Source: a virus
Lineage: Duplodnaviria > Heunggongvirae > Uroviricota > Caudoviricetes
Virus record (IMG/VR): IMGVR_UViG_3300033121_001335
Location: 1 to 64,000 of that record
Strand: one strand, 5' to 3'
Length of the DNA stretch: 64,000 bases
The first letter of the stretch is position 1. Every line of letters begins with the position of its first letter. Below are positions 38,921 to 48,900 of the stretch, piece by piece. The notes beneath the pieces were generated by a model. The model saw only the letters and a list, made by a program, of their open reading frames with translations. It was not told the origin of the DNA and did not search any database. The position numbers and the translations under genes were made by a program.

Positions 38921-39283
38921 ATGAAAGAAGAAAAAATTATTGATAAAACAAAAAATTCAATAAACACCTTACATCCCTACAGATTAGCAAATGACTTATG
39001 GGTTTATGATGATGAAGATTTGGGGGTTTATAGCGAAGCCTTCGTTATGGGTAGTTCTGAGGTAATAAATCATCTGGTAGGTATGGAATGTGATAAATTT
39101 ACTATGTTTATATCTGCACAACCTATACCAGAATATGATGCACATTTAGTAAAAATTAAGGGGGATGGCAGTGAGGGCTGGTATCAATTACAAGGTACTG
39201 GAATGGAGCATTGGCTATGTGGGCAGGTGCTGGCTTATTTCCCAGATTATCCTTCAGACATATATGTGAAGTTGAAAAAATAA
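38921..39283 (+). CDS. hypothetical protein
   Basis: 120-aa ORF. Confidence 0.4.
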   Translation: MKEEKIIDKTKNSINTLHPYRLANDLWVYDDEDLGVYSEAFVMGSSEVINHLVGMECDKFTMFISAQPIPEYDAHLVKIKGDGSEGWYQLQGTGMEHWLCGQVLAYFPDYPSDIYVKLKK

Positions 39284-39332
39284 ATTTGGATAAAAGTAAT
39301 AAAATATACGCATTAATTAAAGTTTAATAAAT

Positions 39333-40202
39333 ATGGCAAAATTTAAAAAGGGTGACATAGTAGTTCTTAAAAAAGACTCTGAATATTATATCCCCAAAGC
39401 CCCAAAATATAGTAGTAATCCAATTCATACAGAAGGAGTTATTACTTCAGTAAGTTCAGGAGAATTTGGCATTCAAGTAAAATGGAATAACAACACTACA
39501 AATGGTTATTCTTTTAAAGATTTAGAATTATTCAATCAAAAAACAGAAAAAATGGCAACAAGAAAAACAACAACAAAACAATTTCAATTAGAAGCCGGAC
39601 AGTATTTTACAGCTACTTATGGCAAGAAAAAGGTGAGAGGAGTGGTGGCGGACGCACCAGATGATTACGATAATTTTGTATTATATGGAAAAGATTTTGA
39701 TGATGATGCCGAAGATGATGACGCAGAATTTAGCACACAATTATACATCGATATGTATGGGAGGGAGGACCAAAGTCACACAGATGTGTTAAAAGACTAC
39801 GGAATTACTAATTTTGTTTTATTAACAGATAAGAGACAAAAGGCTATTGTTGATGGAGATAAATGCCTAACTGTAGCGGGACATAAAGTGCATATTAAGG
39901 GTAATTTCGTAAATTTTGGGTGTGGCGCTGTTAGCACCACTAAAAAAGAAATAAAAGACTTTTATGCAGTGTATAAGGATGTAGATGTAAATGAGCATAT
40001 GCGTTATAAAGAGTTGATAGACGAAATAGGCGAAACAGCATTTGAAGAGGCTGTAGCTTTTTATAATCAATTCAAAATGTACACTACAGCTCAGCAAAAG
40101 GCATTTAATAATCTTGTAAAAGAAATGGATAATGCTGACAATGTACTCTTAGAAGATTTGAATAGGAAAGAAGTGGATGAATTAATGAAGAAATTAGACT
40201 AA
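39333..40202 (+). CDS. hypothetical protein with the N-terminal FKKGDIVVL small-barrel-like module
   Basis: 289-aa ORF followed by a terminator. Confidence 0.45.
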   Translation: MAKFKKGDIVVLKKDSEYYIPKAPKYSSNPIHTEGVITSVSSGEFGIQVKWNNNTTNGYSFKDLELFNQKTEKMATRKTTTKQFQLEAGQYFTATYGKKKVRGVVADAPDDYDNFVLYGKDFDDDAEDDDAEFSTQLYIDMYGREDQSHTDVLKDYGITNFVLLTDKRQKAIVDGDKCLTVAGHKVHIKGNFVNFGCGAVSTTKKEIKDFYAVYKDVDVNEHMRYKELIDEIGETAFEEAVAFYNQFKMYTTAQQKAFNNLVKEMDNADNVLLEDLNRKEVDELMKKLD

Positions 40203-40212
40203 AAATAAAAAA

Positions 40213-40238
40213 AGAGGGGAGAAATTCCCTCTTTTTTC
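40213..40238 (+). terminator. rho-independent terminator
   Basis: agaggggagaaattccctct followed by tttttc. Confidence 0.55.
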
Positions 40239-40246
40239 TTAAATTT

Positions 40247-42181
40247 GTGCCTATGTTAGAAAATAATGTATATATATTTGATATTGAAGGTGATGGTTTG
40301 CTTTCTACTATTACGAAAATTCATTGCGTTTGTGCATATAACATAAAAACCAGAGAAGCTGTACAATTGACTAATTATCAAGAAATTGAACAATTTTTTT
40401 CTGACGAAAAAGCCACTTTTATAGGACATAATATTATACGTTTTGACATTCCGGCATTAAAAAAGATAATAAAGGTAGAAATAAGGGGTGATGTAATTGA
40501 TACACTAGCAATATCGTGGGTGTTAGAAGAAAACAGAAAAAATCATGGATTGGGGAGCTACGGAGAGGAGTTTAATATAAAAAAACCAGAAATAAAAGAT
40601 TGGAACAGCCTTACAGTAGAGGAATACATTCATAGGTGCTCCGAAGATGTAAAAATAAACACCACTTTATGGAACAGGCAAATAAAATATTTAAAACAAG
40701 TTTATTATCAAGATGATAAGAATTTATATAGGTGGTTTAAATATCTGAGATTTAAACTAGAGTGTGTGTATGAACAAGAAACTGAGGGGCTGAGATTAGA
40801 TGTTAATAAAGCTAAAAAGCACTTTAATGAGCTCTCTATTCTTAAAGAGGAAAAAATCAAAGAATTAGAAGCTGCTATGCCTAGAGTAGCCATTAAAAAA
40901 AAGAGGGTGTATAAAGATGCTGTAAAAGATAGTAATGGTAATGTTTTTGAAAAGGGTGACCTGTTTTATAATTCTCAACCTATTAGCAGGAAAAAAGAAG
41001 AAATAATAGAAGAAAAAATCATAGGTTGGAAAGAGCCTAATGCTAATAGTCATGTTCAGATAAAGAATTGGTTATACAATTTAGGTTGGATACCACAAAA
41101 TATACAGCATAAAAGAAATAAAAAAACTGGTGAGATAAAACTTATTCCTCAAATAAAAAGCCAATTTGAAATAGGAGAAATATGTGATAGTGTTAAATTA
41201 CTATTTAAAAAAGAACCAAAATTAGAGGCTTTAGGAGGATTGTCGGTGCTTACCCATCGTATTAGTATATTTGAAGGATTCATATCCGATGAGGAAAATG
41301 GACGCATATATCCCTCTATGAATGGTTTAACTAACACCCTGCGTCTTAAACATAGGGTAATTGTCAATCTACCTAGGGCTGGGAGGGCGTATGGGGAGGA
41401 CATTAGGGGGTGTTTAATAGCTGATGAAGGATGCATTTTATGTGGAAGTGATTTAAGCGGTATAGAGGATAGCACTAAAAGACATTTTATATATGATTAT
41501 GACCCTGAATATGTAAAAAGTATGGACACTCCGGGGTATGACCCCCATTTAGAGCTCGCTGTATTGGCAAAATTTATGACCAAAGAGGATGCTGATTGGT
41601 ATAAGGAAGAATCCAAAAAACGTAAAGATGAAGCCTATAAAGCCTCTACAGAAGACAATCAGAGGTTTACAGCTTTAACAGCTAAAAGGTATGTGGCTAA
41701 AACTACTAACTTTGCAGCAACATATAAAGTAGGAGCTAAGGCCTTAAGTGTATATCCCGGTATTAATTTAGGAATGAAGGAAGCAAAGAGGGTAATAGAT
41801 ACATATTGGAAAAGAAATAAGGCTATTTTGGACGTAGAAAATAGTTTAAATGTCAAAGAGGTATATGGGCAAAAATGGCTTTTTAATCCTGTTAGTAGAT
41901 TTTGGTATACATTAAGGGCTGATAAAGATAGATTTAGTACATTAAATCAGAGTACGGCTGTATTTGTATTTGATAAGTGGCTTACAGAAATTAAAAAAGC
42001 TGGTGTTAAAATACCATTCCAATACCATGATGAAATAGGATTTAATGTTAAAAAAGAGAAAAAAAGAGAAAATACAGCGATTATTAAACAAGCCATACAA
42101 ACTGTTAACGACAAATTAAAACTAAATATAACAATAGGATGCAGTGTTGATTATGGTAAAAAATATAGTGATATACATTAA
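40247..42181 (+). CDS. DNA polymerase, family A (Pol I-like), with an N-terminal 3'-5' exonuclease domain
   Basis: Exo I-like YIFDIEGDGL at the N-terminus. Pol A motif B-like RYVAKTTNFAATYKVGAKAL and motif C QYHDE. Confidence 0.65.
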   Translation: MPMLENNVYIFDIEGDGLLSTITKIHCVCAYNIKTREAVQLTNYQEIEQFFSDEKATFIGHNIIRFDIPALKKIIKVEIRGDVIDTLAISWVLEENRKNHGLGSYGEEFNIKKPEIKDWNSLTVEEYIHRCSEDVKINTTLWNRQIKYLKQVYYQDDKNLYRWFKYLRFKLECVYEQETEGLRLDVNKAKKHFNELSILKEEKIKELEAAMPRVAIKKKRVYKDAVKDSNGNVFEKGDLFYNSQPISRKKEEIIEEKIIGWKEPNANSHVQIKNWLYNLGWIPQNIQHKRNKKTGEIKLIPQIKSQFEIGEICDSVKLLFKKEPKLEALGGLSVLTHRISIFEGFISDEENGRIYPSMNGLTNTLRLKHRVIVNLPRAGRAYGEDIRGCLIADEGCILCGSDLSGIEDSTKRHFIYDYDPEYVKSMDTPGYDPHLELAVLAKFMTKEDADWYKEESKKRKDEAYKASTEDNQRFTALTAKRYVAKTTNFAATYKVGAKALSVYPGINLGMKEAKRVIDTYWKRNKAILDVENSLNVKEVYGQKWLFNPVSRFWYTLRADKDRFSTLNQSTAVFVFDKWLTEIKKAGVKIPFQYHDEIGFNVKKEKKRENTAIIKQAIQTVNDKLKLNITIGCSVDYGKKYSDIH

Positions 42182-42183
42182 TT

Positions 42184-42375
42184 ATGGAAAACTTAAAATT
42201 AGACATATTCAAAAAACAAGAAAGCGCCTACTATCCTATACATTCAAAGAACTATTGTTGGAAGGGAATATTTGAATATTTAATGTGGTATAAGGTGGAA
42301 GAAAAAACAACATTAATTAGTGTGGGAACTAAAGGACTTTTAGCCTTTAATATTCCTGCTTTTTGTTTAAATTAA
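42184..42375 (+). CDS. hypothetical small protein
   Basis: 63-aa ORF. Confidence 0.3.
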   Translation: MENLKLDIFKKQESAYYPIHSKNYCWKGIFEYLMWYKVEEKTTLISVGTKGLLAFNIPAFCLN

Positions 42376-42381
42376 TAAATT

Positions 42382-42618
42382 ATGGAAAAGAAAATAGCAG
42401 TGTATTGTCCCACCCCAGAAATATTTGAATTAGTTGCTAGCAAAATTAATTGGCCTCATGGGAATATTTGGTCTAACTACCAAGAACGTACTGTAGTAGA
42501 CATTTCTCTTAAACAATATTGTAATAGAGAATATTATGAAAATAAAAAAGAAAAATATAATATACTCACCTATAGTGAATGGATTGGTGAGGATGGGGAT
42601 GTATTAATTTTTAATTAA
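42382..42618 (+). CDS. small protein, family variant (ends GDVLIFN)
   Basis: 78 aa. Confidence 0.45.
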   Translation: MEKKIAVYCPTPEIFELVASKINWPHGNIWSNYQERTVVDISLKQYCNREYYENKKEKYNILTYSEWIGEDGDVLIFN

Positions 42619-42624
42619 AAAATT

Positions 42625-42909
42625 ATGGAAAAATTACCAGAAAAATGGTTTATTAACCCAACCAATGAAAATGAGAGCATGGCTGTATCAAATTGGTTTG
42701 CCCAATATAGAAAATACTCAAAAGGATGTGAAGAATCATATAATTGGTATTTTCCGGCTTATGAAAATAGTGGAGAATTACAATTTTGTTATACACACGG
42801 AAAAGTAAAAGGCAATTTAATGGATGGCTACGAACAAATAACGTTTTCTCAATTTAAACAATACGTTCTAGAAGAAAATGATATTTTTACTCCCTTAATA
42901 TTTAATTAA
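42625..42909 (+). CDS. small protein, PLIFN family (ends IFTPLIFN). N-terminal LPEKWFI module.
   Basis: 94 aa. Confidence 0.5.
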   Translation: MEKLPEKWFINPTNENESMAVSNWFAQYRKYSKGCEESYNWYFPAYENSGELQFCYTHGKVKGNLMDGYEQITFSQFKQYVLEENDIFTPLIFN

Positions 42910-43050
42910 TATGCTTAAAATCAATTCAGAAAAATATATTGAAATATTTAAAGACTGGCCCAACAGAGAAATGATTTTGTCAGGATGGGAATGGATAGTG
43001 AAATATTATTTCTACATTCCTGTTATTATATACACTAAAAAATTATACAA

Positions 43051-43350
43051 ATGAGTGAACTAGAAATACTGAAAAAATTAGAAAGAAAATATAGTAGATG
43101 GATAAACAGATGGAGTTGGGGTAGAACTTGGAACGACACTTGTTTTGGATTGTGTCGTGCCCTCTCTCAAATTGTTGGATTTAATGGACTTGATTATAAA
43201 TTAGTGTATTTAAGATTGTATTCTGAATCTATTAATTTTGGAAATACGAGAGATGGTGTATATTGGTGGAAAGAAGGCTTAATAAAGCCAAGACTACAAA
43301 CTATCAGAGCAGCAATTAAAACCCTTAAAAATGAACAGAAAAATATTTGA
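43051..43350 (+). CDS. hypothetical protein
   Basis: 99-aa ORF. Confidence 0.35.
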   Translation: MSELEILKKLERKYSRWINRWSWGRTWNDTCFGLCRALSQIVGFNGLDYKLVYLRLYSESINFGNTRDGVYWWKEGLIKPRLQTIRAAIKTLKNEQKNI

Positions 43351-43552
43351 GGAACAATTAGAGGAGGAATATCATCAGGATGTGCTTGATTATCAACAAG
43401 AACAAAAAGAGCAAGAGTCAGAACTGTTTAACATATATACAGGAAAGCCAATAAAAAACATTAATTTACATAAATTACATTTTAAAAATAGGAGAAATCA
43501 TTATAGATTTGCAAAGAAACATCCTGTTTTTAATCAAAAACTCCCTTTCTAA
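43331..43552 (+). CDS. hypothetical protein
   Basis: 73-aa ORF. Confidence 0.3.
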   Translation: MNRKIFEEQLEEEYHQDVLDYQQEQKEQESELFNIYTGKPIKNINLHKLHFKNRRNHYRFAKKHPVFNQKLPF

Positions 43553-43715
43553 TGATGCTAGAAGAACTTTTTAGAACAAAAAAATCAAATAGTATTAAAA
43601 TATATGAAGTTCATATGTATGCTTGGAATAAAGCTATGATGTCTGGACATTCAATTTTTGGGGAATCGTGGAATTATGTATGGCTTAAAAGCTATAATGA
43701 AAAAATAAAAGAATT

Positions 43716-44315
43716 ATGAGTAAATTATTTAATTTTACGGAAAACCATTTCCTATCCCTTATTAAACAGAAGATTCCTCTGGATTGCATATTCTTGTTAG
43801 AATTAATAGTTTTAGGAGAAAATGTAGATTCAGAGGAATATCTTCCATTTATTCAAAGACTACAAAGAAAGGGATATATAGATGGGAAACAGGAGCTTAC
43901 AGAATATGGAACAGCTTTATATAAAAGTTTGTTTGAAGAAGTGGTGGCTGTTAAGCCTAAAACAATAGTTCAGAAGAATGATTTATTTGAAAAATGGTGG
44001 GAGACATACCCTGCCACTAATGATTTTACAATAAATGGACGACATTTTCAGGGTTCACAAACAAAAAGAATCCAAAAAGATGAATGTAGAAAAATGTTTA
44101 CTATTATGTGTAATTCTTTTAAAGGGGAGGATATAATAGCTGCTACAGCTTATCATATTAACAACGCTAAAGAAGTGAGCTTTAAAAGAAAGGATAATCA
44201 GCTCACATATGTTACTAATTCTCTTAGATATTTAAGAGAGAAATATTTTGAACCATTTATATCAAAGGTTAAGGAGAAGGAACAAATAGCAGCATCAAAA
44301 GAATTTGAAATATGA
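43716..44315 (+). CDS. hypothetical protein (possible helicase loader or replication accessory; by position only)
   Basis: 199-aa ORF whose stop overlaps the helicase start. Confidence 0.35.
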   Translation: MSKLFNFTENHFLSLIKQKIPLDCIFLLELIVLGENVDSEEYLPFIQRLQRKGYIDGKQELTEYGTALYKSLFEEVVAVKPKTIVQKNDLFEKWWETYPATNDFTINGRHFQGSQTKRIQKDECRKMFTIMCNSFKGEDIIAATAYHINNAKEVSFKRKDNQLTYVTNSLRYLREKYFEPFISKVKEKEQIAASKEFEI

Positions 44316-45397
44316 GTTTTTTTAAGGATTTAAAACAGACGATATTAGACGGACAGGAAGGAAAAAACAAGGGACATTCATTAGGAATGTCTCGGTTGGA
44401 TAGGTATATAAGCCTTAGAAAGAAAATGTTCTATGTAATCATGGGGAGTACGGGCTCTGGAAAGAGCTCTTTATTACATGATACATTCATCCTTAACCCC
44501 TTGGAAGCTCTATTACTAAATAAAGAAACAGATAAGAAATTGAAATATAAGCTTTTAAGCATGGAAAGGAGCAAAAGCTATATTCATGCTAAATGGCTTA
44601 TAAGAAGGATATTTTTGGATACGGGACAGCTTATTCCTATGCACACCCTATTAAATTGGTATGGAGATAAACTTAAAGCAGATGCTTTAGAACTTATTGA
44701 CACATATGAAGACTATTTTATTAGACTGGAAGAGCATATAGACATATATGAAGGAGGAAGAAGTCCAAATGATATATTTAGAATAGCCAGAGAATATGCA
44801 GAAACTCACGGAGAAGAAAAGAAAATAAGTGAATATAAAAAGGTGTACATTCCTGCAAATGAACATGAGGAAGTGGTATTTTGTGCTGACCACTTGGGTC
44901 TTTGTAAAACCACTAAGGATGCCGTCACTAAAAAACAGGCTATTGATAAAACCGTGGAAAATCTCCAATATATGAGAGACTATTTAGGATGGAGTGTTAT
45001 AGCTGTTAATCAACTTAATAGGGATTTGAGTAGTTCTATATACAGTAAGCTGGATTCGTTTGAGCCTCATATAGATAATGCTAAAGAAACAGGTAATACA
45101 GCTGAGGCAGCTGATGTTGTTATTAGTTTATTTGACCCTATGAGGTTTAATACAAACGATAAATTTTACGGGAATGTTGAGGTGTTTAGAAGTCCTGAAA
45201 CAGGGCAGAAATTCTTTAGGAATATTAAAATTCTTAAAAATTCATACGGAGCCGATGATATTGGCATTGGGGCCGTATTTCATGGCGAAACAGGGCATTT
45301 TGCTGAGCTTCCAAAGAGTAAATTTATAAAAGACAATTGGAAACAAGAGGATTATGATTCAATTTTTAATGGGTCTTATTTTCTACAAAAACAATAA
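44312..45397 (+). CDS. DnaB-like replicative helicase (RecA-fold C-terminal domain type)
   Basis: Walker A VIMGSTGSGKSSLL. SVIAVNQLNRDLSS resembles the DnaB H3 motif (LSQLNR). Confidence 0.55.
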   Translation: MSFFKDLKQTILDGQEGKNKGHSLGMSRLDRYISLRKKMFYVIMGSTGSGKSSLLHDTFILNPLEALLLNKETDKKLKYKLLSMERSKSYIHAKWLIRRIFLDTGQLIPMHTLLNWYGDKLKADALELIDTYEDYFIRLEEHIDIYEGGRSPNDIFRIAREYAETHGEEKKISEYKKVYIPANEHEEVVFCADHLGLCKTTKDAVTKKQAIDKTVENLQYMRDYLGWSVIAVNQLNRDLSSSIYSKLDSFEPHIDNAKETGNTAEAADVVISLFDPMRFNTNDKFYGNVEVFRSPETGQKFFRNIKILKNSYGADDIGIGAVFHGETGHFAELPKSKFIKDNWKQEDYDSIFNGSYFLQKQ

Positions 45398-45400
45398 AAA

Positions 45401-46609
45401 ATGAAACAATTTAAAAGAGGTGATAAAATAAAAATAATAAAAGACTTTAAAGATGGTAGGTCTGGTATGGATGGAAAAATTGGTGTGTTTTGGGATTATA
45501 CAAGCAGAGAACAACAAAGGGATGGTTATTGTTATATAGTTAAAACACAAGAAATTCATGGACTGGTTTGTGCTGATATTGAATTAGTGGAGGAATTTAA
45601 AAGTGGTGATAGGGTTAGAATAATTAAAGAGTGGAAAGACCAAGAAGGGGGACCATTTGAAGGACAAACAGCTATATTCAGTGCTTATTTAGCTCCCGAC
45701 AGCTATTATGGCAGGCAGGGTTATAAATATCTTGTGGATAAACCATCTTTAGTAGTTTGGGATATTGAACTTGTAAAAGAGAAAGAATTTGAAGTTCCAA
45801 AAAAATGGTGTATAAATGTTTCAGATTTTTCAGTGGGTGAATATTTAGTTAATAATTTTGTTCCGGCTCAGGATTGGTATTTAAAAATGCCAAACAATGT
45901 TAATTATTTTCATTTTAAAAAAAATAATTTTCATTTTTGGAGAGAAATAAAAGATGAAGAATACACAGAAATTACATTTGAACAATTTAAAAAATACATA
46001 TTAAAACAAAAAACAATGGAAAAAGAATTAATTGGCTATCGGCTAAAAGATGAAAAATATAGAAATGCTGTAAATGCATTAATTATTGAATGTGGAGTGT
46101 TTTCAAACAAAATATTAAGTTTAAATAGTCCAAAAACTATAGCCGCTTTAAGAGAAGCTAATGTCTTGGATGTGTGGTTTGAAGCTGTTTATAAAGAAGA
46201 GTCCCTACTAAAAGTGGGGGATTGGATATATTTTCTAGAATCATATGATGACAAACCAATAGGAGCTGTTAGAAAAATCTCTGGCGTACAGCCTGATTCT
46301 TACAATGGACTACAATGGGTGAATTATAGAGATGGTGGTTTTAGAGTGGGTGGAAACGGATATTTTGAAAACGAACATTATAGAAGAGCTACACAAAAGG
46401 AAATAGATGAGGTTACAAAGGTAGAAATTGGTGGATACACTGCAACAATTGAGAATGGAAAAATAGCTTTTGGTTGCCAGTGTTTTAGCAAAGAAGAGCT
46501 TTTAACTATTAAAAGACTGTTTACTCTTGAAATAAATGCCACTATATCTATTCATGGTGTGAGTATAACAAGAGAAATAATAGATAGGTTATTAGAGTTA
46601 TTTGATTAA
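45401..46609 (+). CDS. hypothetical protein carrying a tandemly duplicated ~60-aa N-terminal module plus a PKKWCI module
   Basis: Residues 1-65 and 66-128 align: FKRGDKIKIIKDFKD...DIELVEE against FKSGDRVRIIKEWKD...DIELVKE. Confidence 0.45.
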   Translation: MKQFKRGDKIKIIKDFKDGRSGMDGKIGVFWDYTSREQQRDGYCYIVKTQEIHGLVCADIELVEEFKSGDRVRIIKEWKDQEGGPFEGQTAIFSAYLAPDSYYGRQGYKYLVDKPSLVVWDIELVKEKEFEVPKKWCINVSDFSVGEYLVNNFVPAQDWYLKMPNNVNYFHFKKNNFHFWREIKDEEYTEITFEQFKKYILKQKTMEKELIGYRLKDEKYRNAVNALIIECGVFSNKILSLNSPKTIAALREANVLDVWFEAVYKEESLLKVGDWIYFLESYDDKPIGAVRKISGVQPDSYNGLQWVNYRDGGFRVGGNGYFENEHYRRATQKEIDEVTKVEIGGYTATIENGKIAFGCQCFSKEELLTIKRLFTLEINATISIHGVSITREIIDRLLELFD

Positions 46610-46611
46610 TA

Positions 46612-47688
46612 TTGTATATGACAAAAGATGAGATTCAGGCGAAGGCTGTAGAACTATTTAAAAAACAGCCTTCGCTTTTAATTGAATGGCCTACGGGATG
46701 TGGGAAGGGGTTGGCTGTAATGAAATGTATTTTAGCCTCTGGAAATGGGCCAAAATGGCTCATTGTGGTGCCGGAAATCGTCCAAATAAGTAATTGGTGG
46801 CGAGATTGCGAAAAATGGGGCCTTAGAAACAAAATAAGCCCCTTTATTGAGGATGTAATATGTTATGCTAGCTTAAAAAATTGGGCCGGAAAACGGCTTA
46901 GAATCGCTTTAAATGAGTGTCACCACTTGTCAGAAGAAAGGGCTAATATTTTAGCTTCAATAGAATACACCCAAATTATAATGGACAGCGCCACAATACC
47001 CACAGACGTAAAGGAAAGACTTCCCGCTCATATCAGCTATAAAATAAGCATGAAAGAGGCGGTAGAATGGGGAATTTTGCCAGCACCGGGGGTAAATATT
47101 CATTATATAGAGCTTGACGATTGGCAAAAACTATGGCCTAAAAAGCTCAAATCAGGCAAAATATTAATGGTGACGGCAAAATCCTATTATAGTGATTTAA
47201 CAGCTAATTTTAAATATTGGCAAAATAGACACAGAATGGAGGGGGAGCCTTGGCAACAAAAAAGGATGTTTATGTCTGCTATATCCAGAAAGAGGTGGAT
47301 GTCTGAATATAAGACAAAAAAGGCCAAAGAGGTGATAGAGCTTATAAAGAATAAGAGATATGTCGTATTTTGTGGGTCTGTTAAACAAGCTAAAGAATTG
47401 GGGGGTAAACAGGCTATTCACAGTGGGAATAGGCATAATCAAGAACTTATTGATGAATTTAACATGTTGATAACCAATAATTTATATGCTTGTTCTATGA
47501 TGAAGGAGGGTATGAATTTAGAGGGCATAGAAGCCGGACTTATTACACAACTGGATGCTGGAGATTTGGGTAATATTCAAAGGTTGGGTAGATTGTTAAG
47601 AAGTGATTTTCCTGAACTTCATTTAATATGTTTAAAGGATACAAAAGATGAAGAATATTTAGAAAACTTTTTAAAAGCAATAAAATGA
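46612..47688 (+). CDS. SF2 helicase (DEAH-box-like)
   Basis: Motif I WPTGCGKG, motif II NECHH and motif VI QRLGRLLR. Confidence 0.6.
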   Translation: MYMTKDEIQAKAVELFKKQPSLLIEWPTGCGKGLAVMKCILASGNGPKWLIVVPEIVQISNWWRDCEKWGLRNKISPFIEDVICYASLKNWAGKRLRIALNECHHLSEERANILASIEYTQIIMDSATIPTDVKERLPAHISYKISMKEAVEWGILPAPGVNIHYIELDDWQKLWPKKLKSGKILMVTAKSYYSDLTANFKYWQNRHRMEGEPWQQKRMFMSAISRKRWMSEYKTKKAKEVIELIKNKRYVVFCGSVKQAKELGGKQAIHSGNRHNQELIDEFNMLITNNLYACSMMKEGMNLEGIEAGLITQLDAGDLGNIQRLGRLLRSDFPELHLICLKDTKDEEYLENFLKAIK

Positions 47689-47924
47689 TGAATAAAATAG
47701 AGAGAGCCAGAATTCGAAACTGGACTAAGGCTAGAATAATGGGGTTAATTGTTGGAATGAATAATCCTATAGTACTTACAGACAGAGAATTAGAAATAAT
47801 ATCTGAAATAGAAGAATTAAAAAACTTATTATTGAAAGAATGGGATGATAATTCAGTGACATTGGGTATGAAAGTAAAAAAACCCAAAAAAGAATTATTT
47901 CAAAATATCGAAAAAGACTTGTAA
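47685..47924 (+). CDS. hypothetical small protein
   Basis: 79-aa ORF. Confidence 0.3.
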   Translation: MMNKIERARIRNWTKARIMGLIVGMNNPIVLTDRELEIISEIEELKNLLLKEWDDNSVTLGMKVKKPKKELFQNIEKDL

Positions 47925-47951
47925 ATTTGTAAAAATAAAAAAGAATAAAAT

Positions 47952-48614
47952 ATGGCAAAATTAGTGGGAATTGTTGGGGATACGGGAAGCGGAAAAAGTA
48001 GCTCTATCACTCATTTAAATCCTAAAGAAACCTACATTATTAATGTAGCAGGAAAAGAGCTTCCTTTTAGAGGGAGTGAAAAACTCTATAACGAAGCTAA
48101 TAAAAATTATGCTGTTATAGAAACACCAAAAGAGGTGTTAGAAAAAATAGAGAAAATAGCTGAAAAAGCACCTCATATTAAGACAATTGTTATAGAGGAT
48201 GCTAATTATTTGTTTGGGTTCACTATGGTGGATAAGGCGACAGAAACTGGATATACAAAATTCAGTGTTATGGCTCAACAAATGAAGAATTTAGTTCAAG
48301 GGGTGAAGAAATTGAGGGATGATTTGTTAGTGGTGTATATGAGCCATTATGAGGAAGTGATGGATACAGGAGAAATTGTTACGTATAAAATGAAAACAGC
48401 TGGGCAGCTTGTGGATAAAGAATTAAAGCTCGATGGCCTATTTACAACCGTACTATATGCAATAGTGGAGGGTAAAAATAATGATGAACATATATTCCTT
48501 ACTAACAGATATAAAAAATATCCAGCCAAAACTCCAATGGGTATGTTTTCAGAGTTAAAAATAGAAAATAATTTACAAGCGGTGAGAGATATTGTAATGG
48601 AATATTATACATAA
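47952..48614 (+). CDS. P-loop NTPase of unknown specificity
   Basis: Walker A GIVGDTGSGKSS at the N-terminus. Confidence 0.45.
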   Translation: MAKLVGIVGDTGSGKSSSITHLNPKETYIINVAGKELPFRGSEKLYNEANKNYAVIETPKEVLEKIEKIAEKAPHIKTIVIEDANYLFGFTMVDKATETGYTKFSVMAQQMKNLVQGVKKLRDDLLVVYMSHYEEVMDTGEIVTYKMKTAGQLVDKELKLDGLFTTVLYAIVEGKNNDEHIFLTNRYKKYPAKTPMGMFSELKIENNLQAVRDIVMEYYT

Positions 48615-48630
48615 TTAAAAAATTTAAAAC

Positions 48631-48897
48631 ATGTTTAAAAATTGGAACTGGATTAATATATGGTTATCATTTTTGTTACTAATTGCAACTACAGCAATAA
48701 CAGGCCTTGTTCTATGGATTAGCTCAGATAAATCTACTATTAGATATTCTATAGGTGGGAATAACAAAGAAGTGAGGTTGATAAGAGAAATTGATAATTA
48801 TGAAGATGATTACATTATGGTAGATAGGGCTATCTCATTAGATAGTTTAACAAATATTGTCGAAAAATTAAATAAAGCTTTAAAAACTAAAAATTAA
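48631..48897 (+). CDS. small membrane protein (single transmembrane helix)
   Basis: Hydrophobic segment IWLSFLLLIATTAITGLVLWI. Confidence 0.35.
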   Translation: MFKNWNWINIWLSFLLLIATTAITGLVLWISSDKSTIRYSIGGNNKEVRLIREIDNYEDDYIMVDRAISLDSLTNIVEKLNKALKTKN

Positions 48898-48900
48898 GAA

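Noticed and set aside
27236-42909. Interpreting the repeated TTAATATTTAATTAA purely as a DNA-level promoter or translation-initiation signal
   Set aside because: Not fully excluded, but synonymous substitutions that preserve F and N (ttc, aac), plus Leu/Ile codon swaps (cta, ctt, ttg, atc, att), argue that the peptide is under selection. The motif was not seen in intergenic DNA away from ORF ends.
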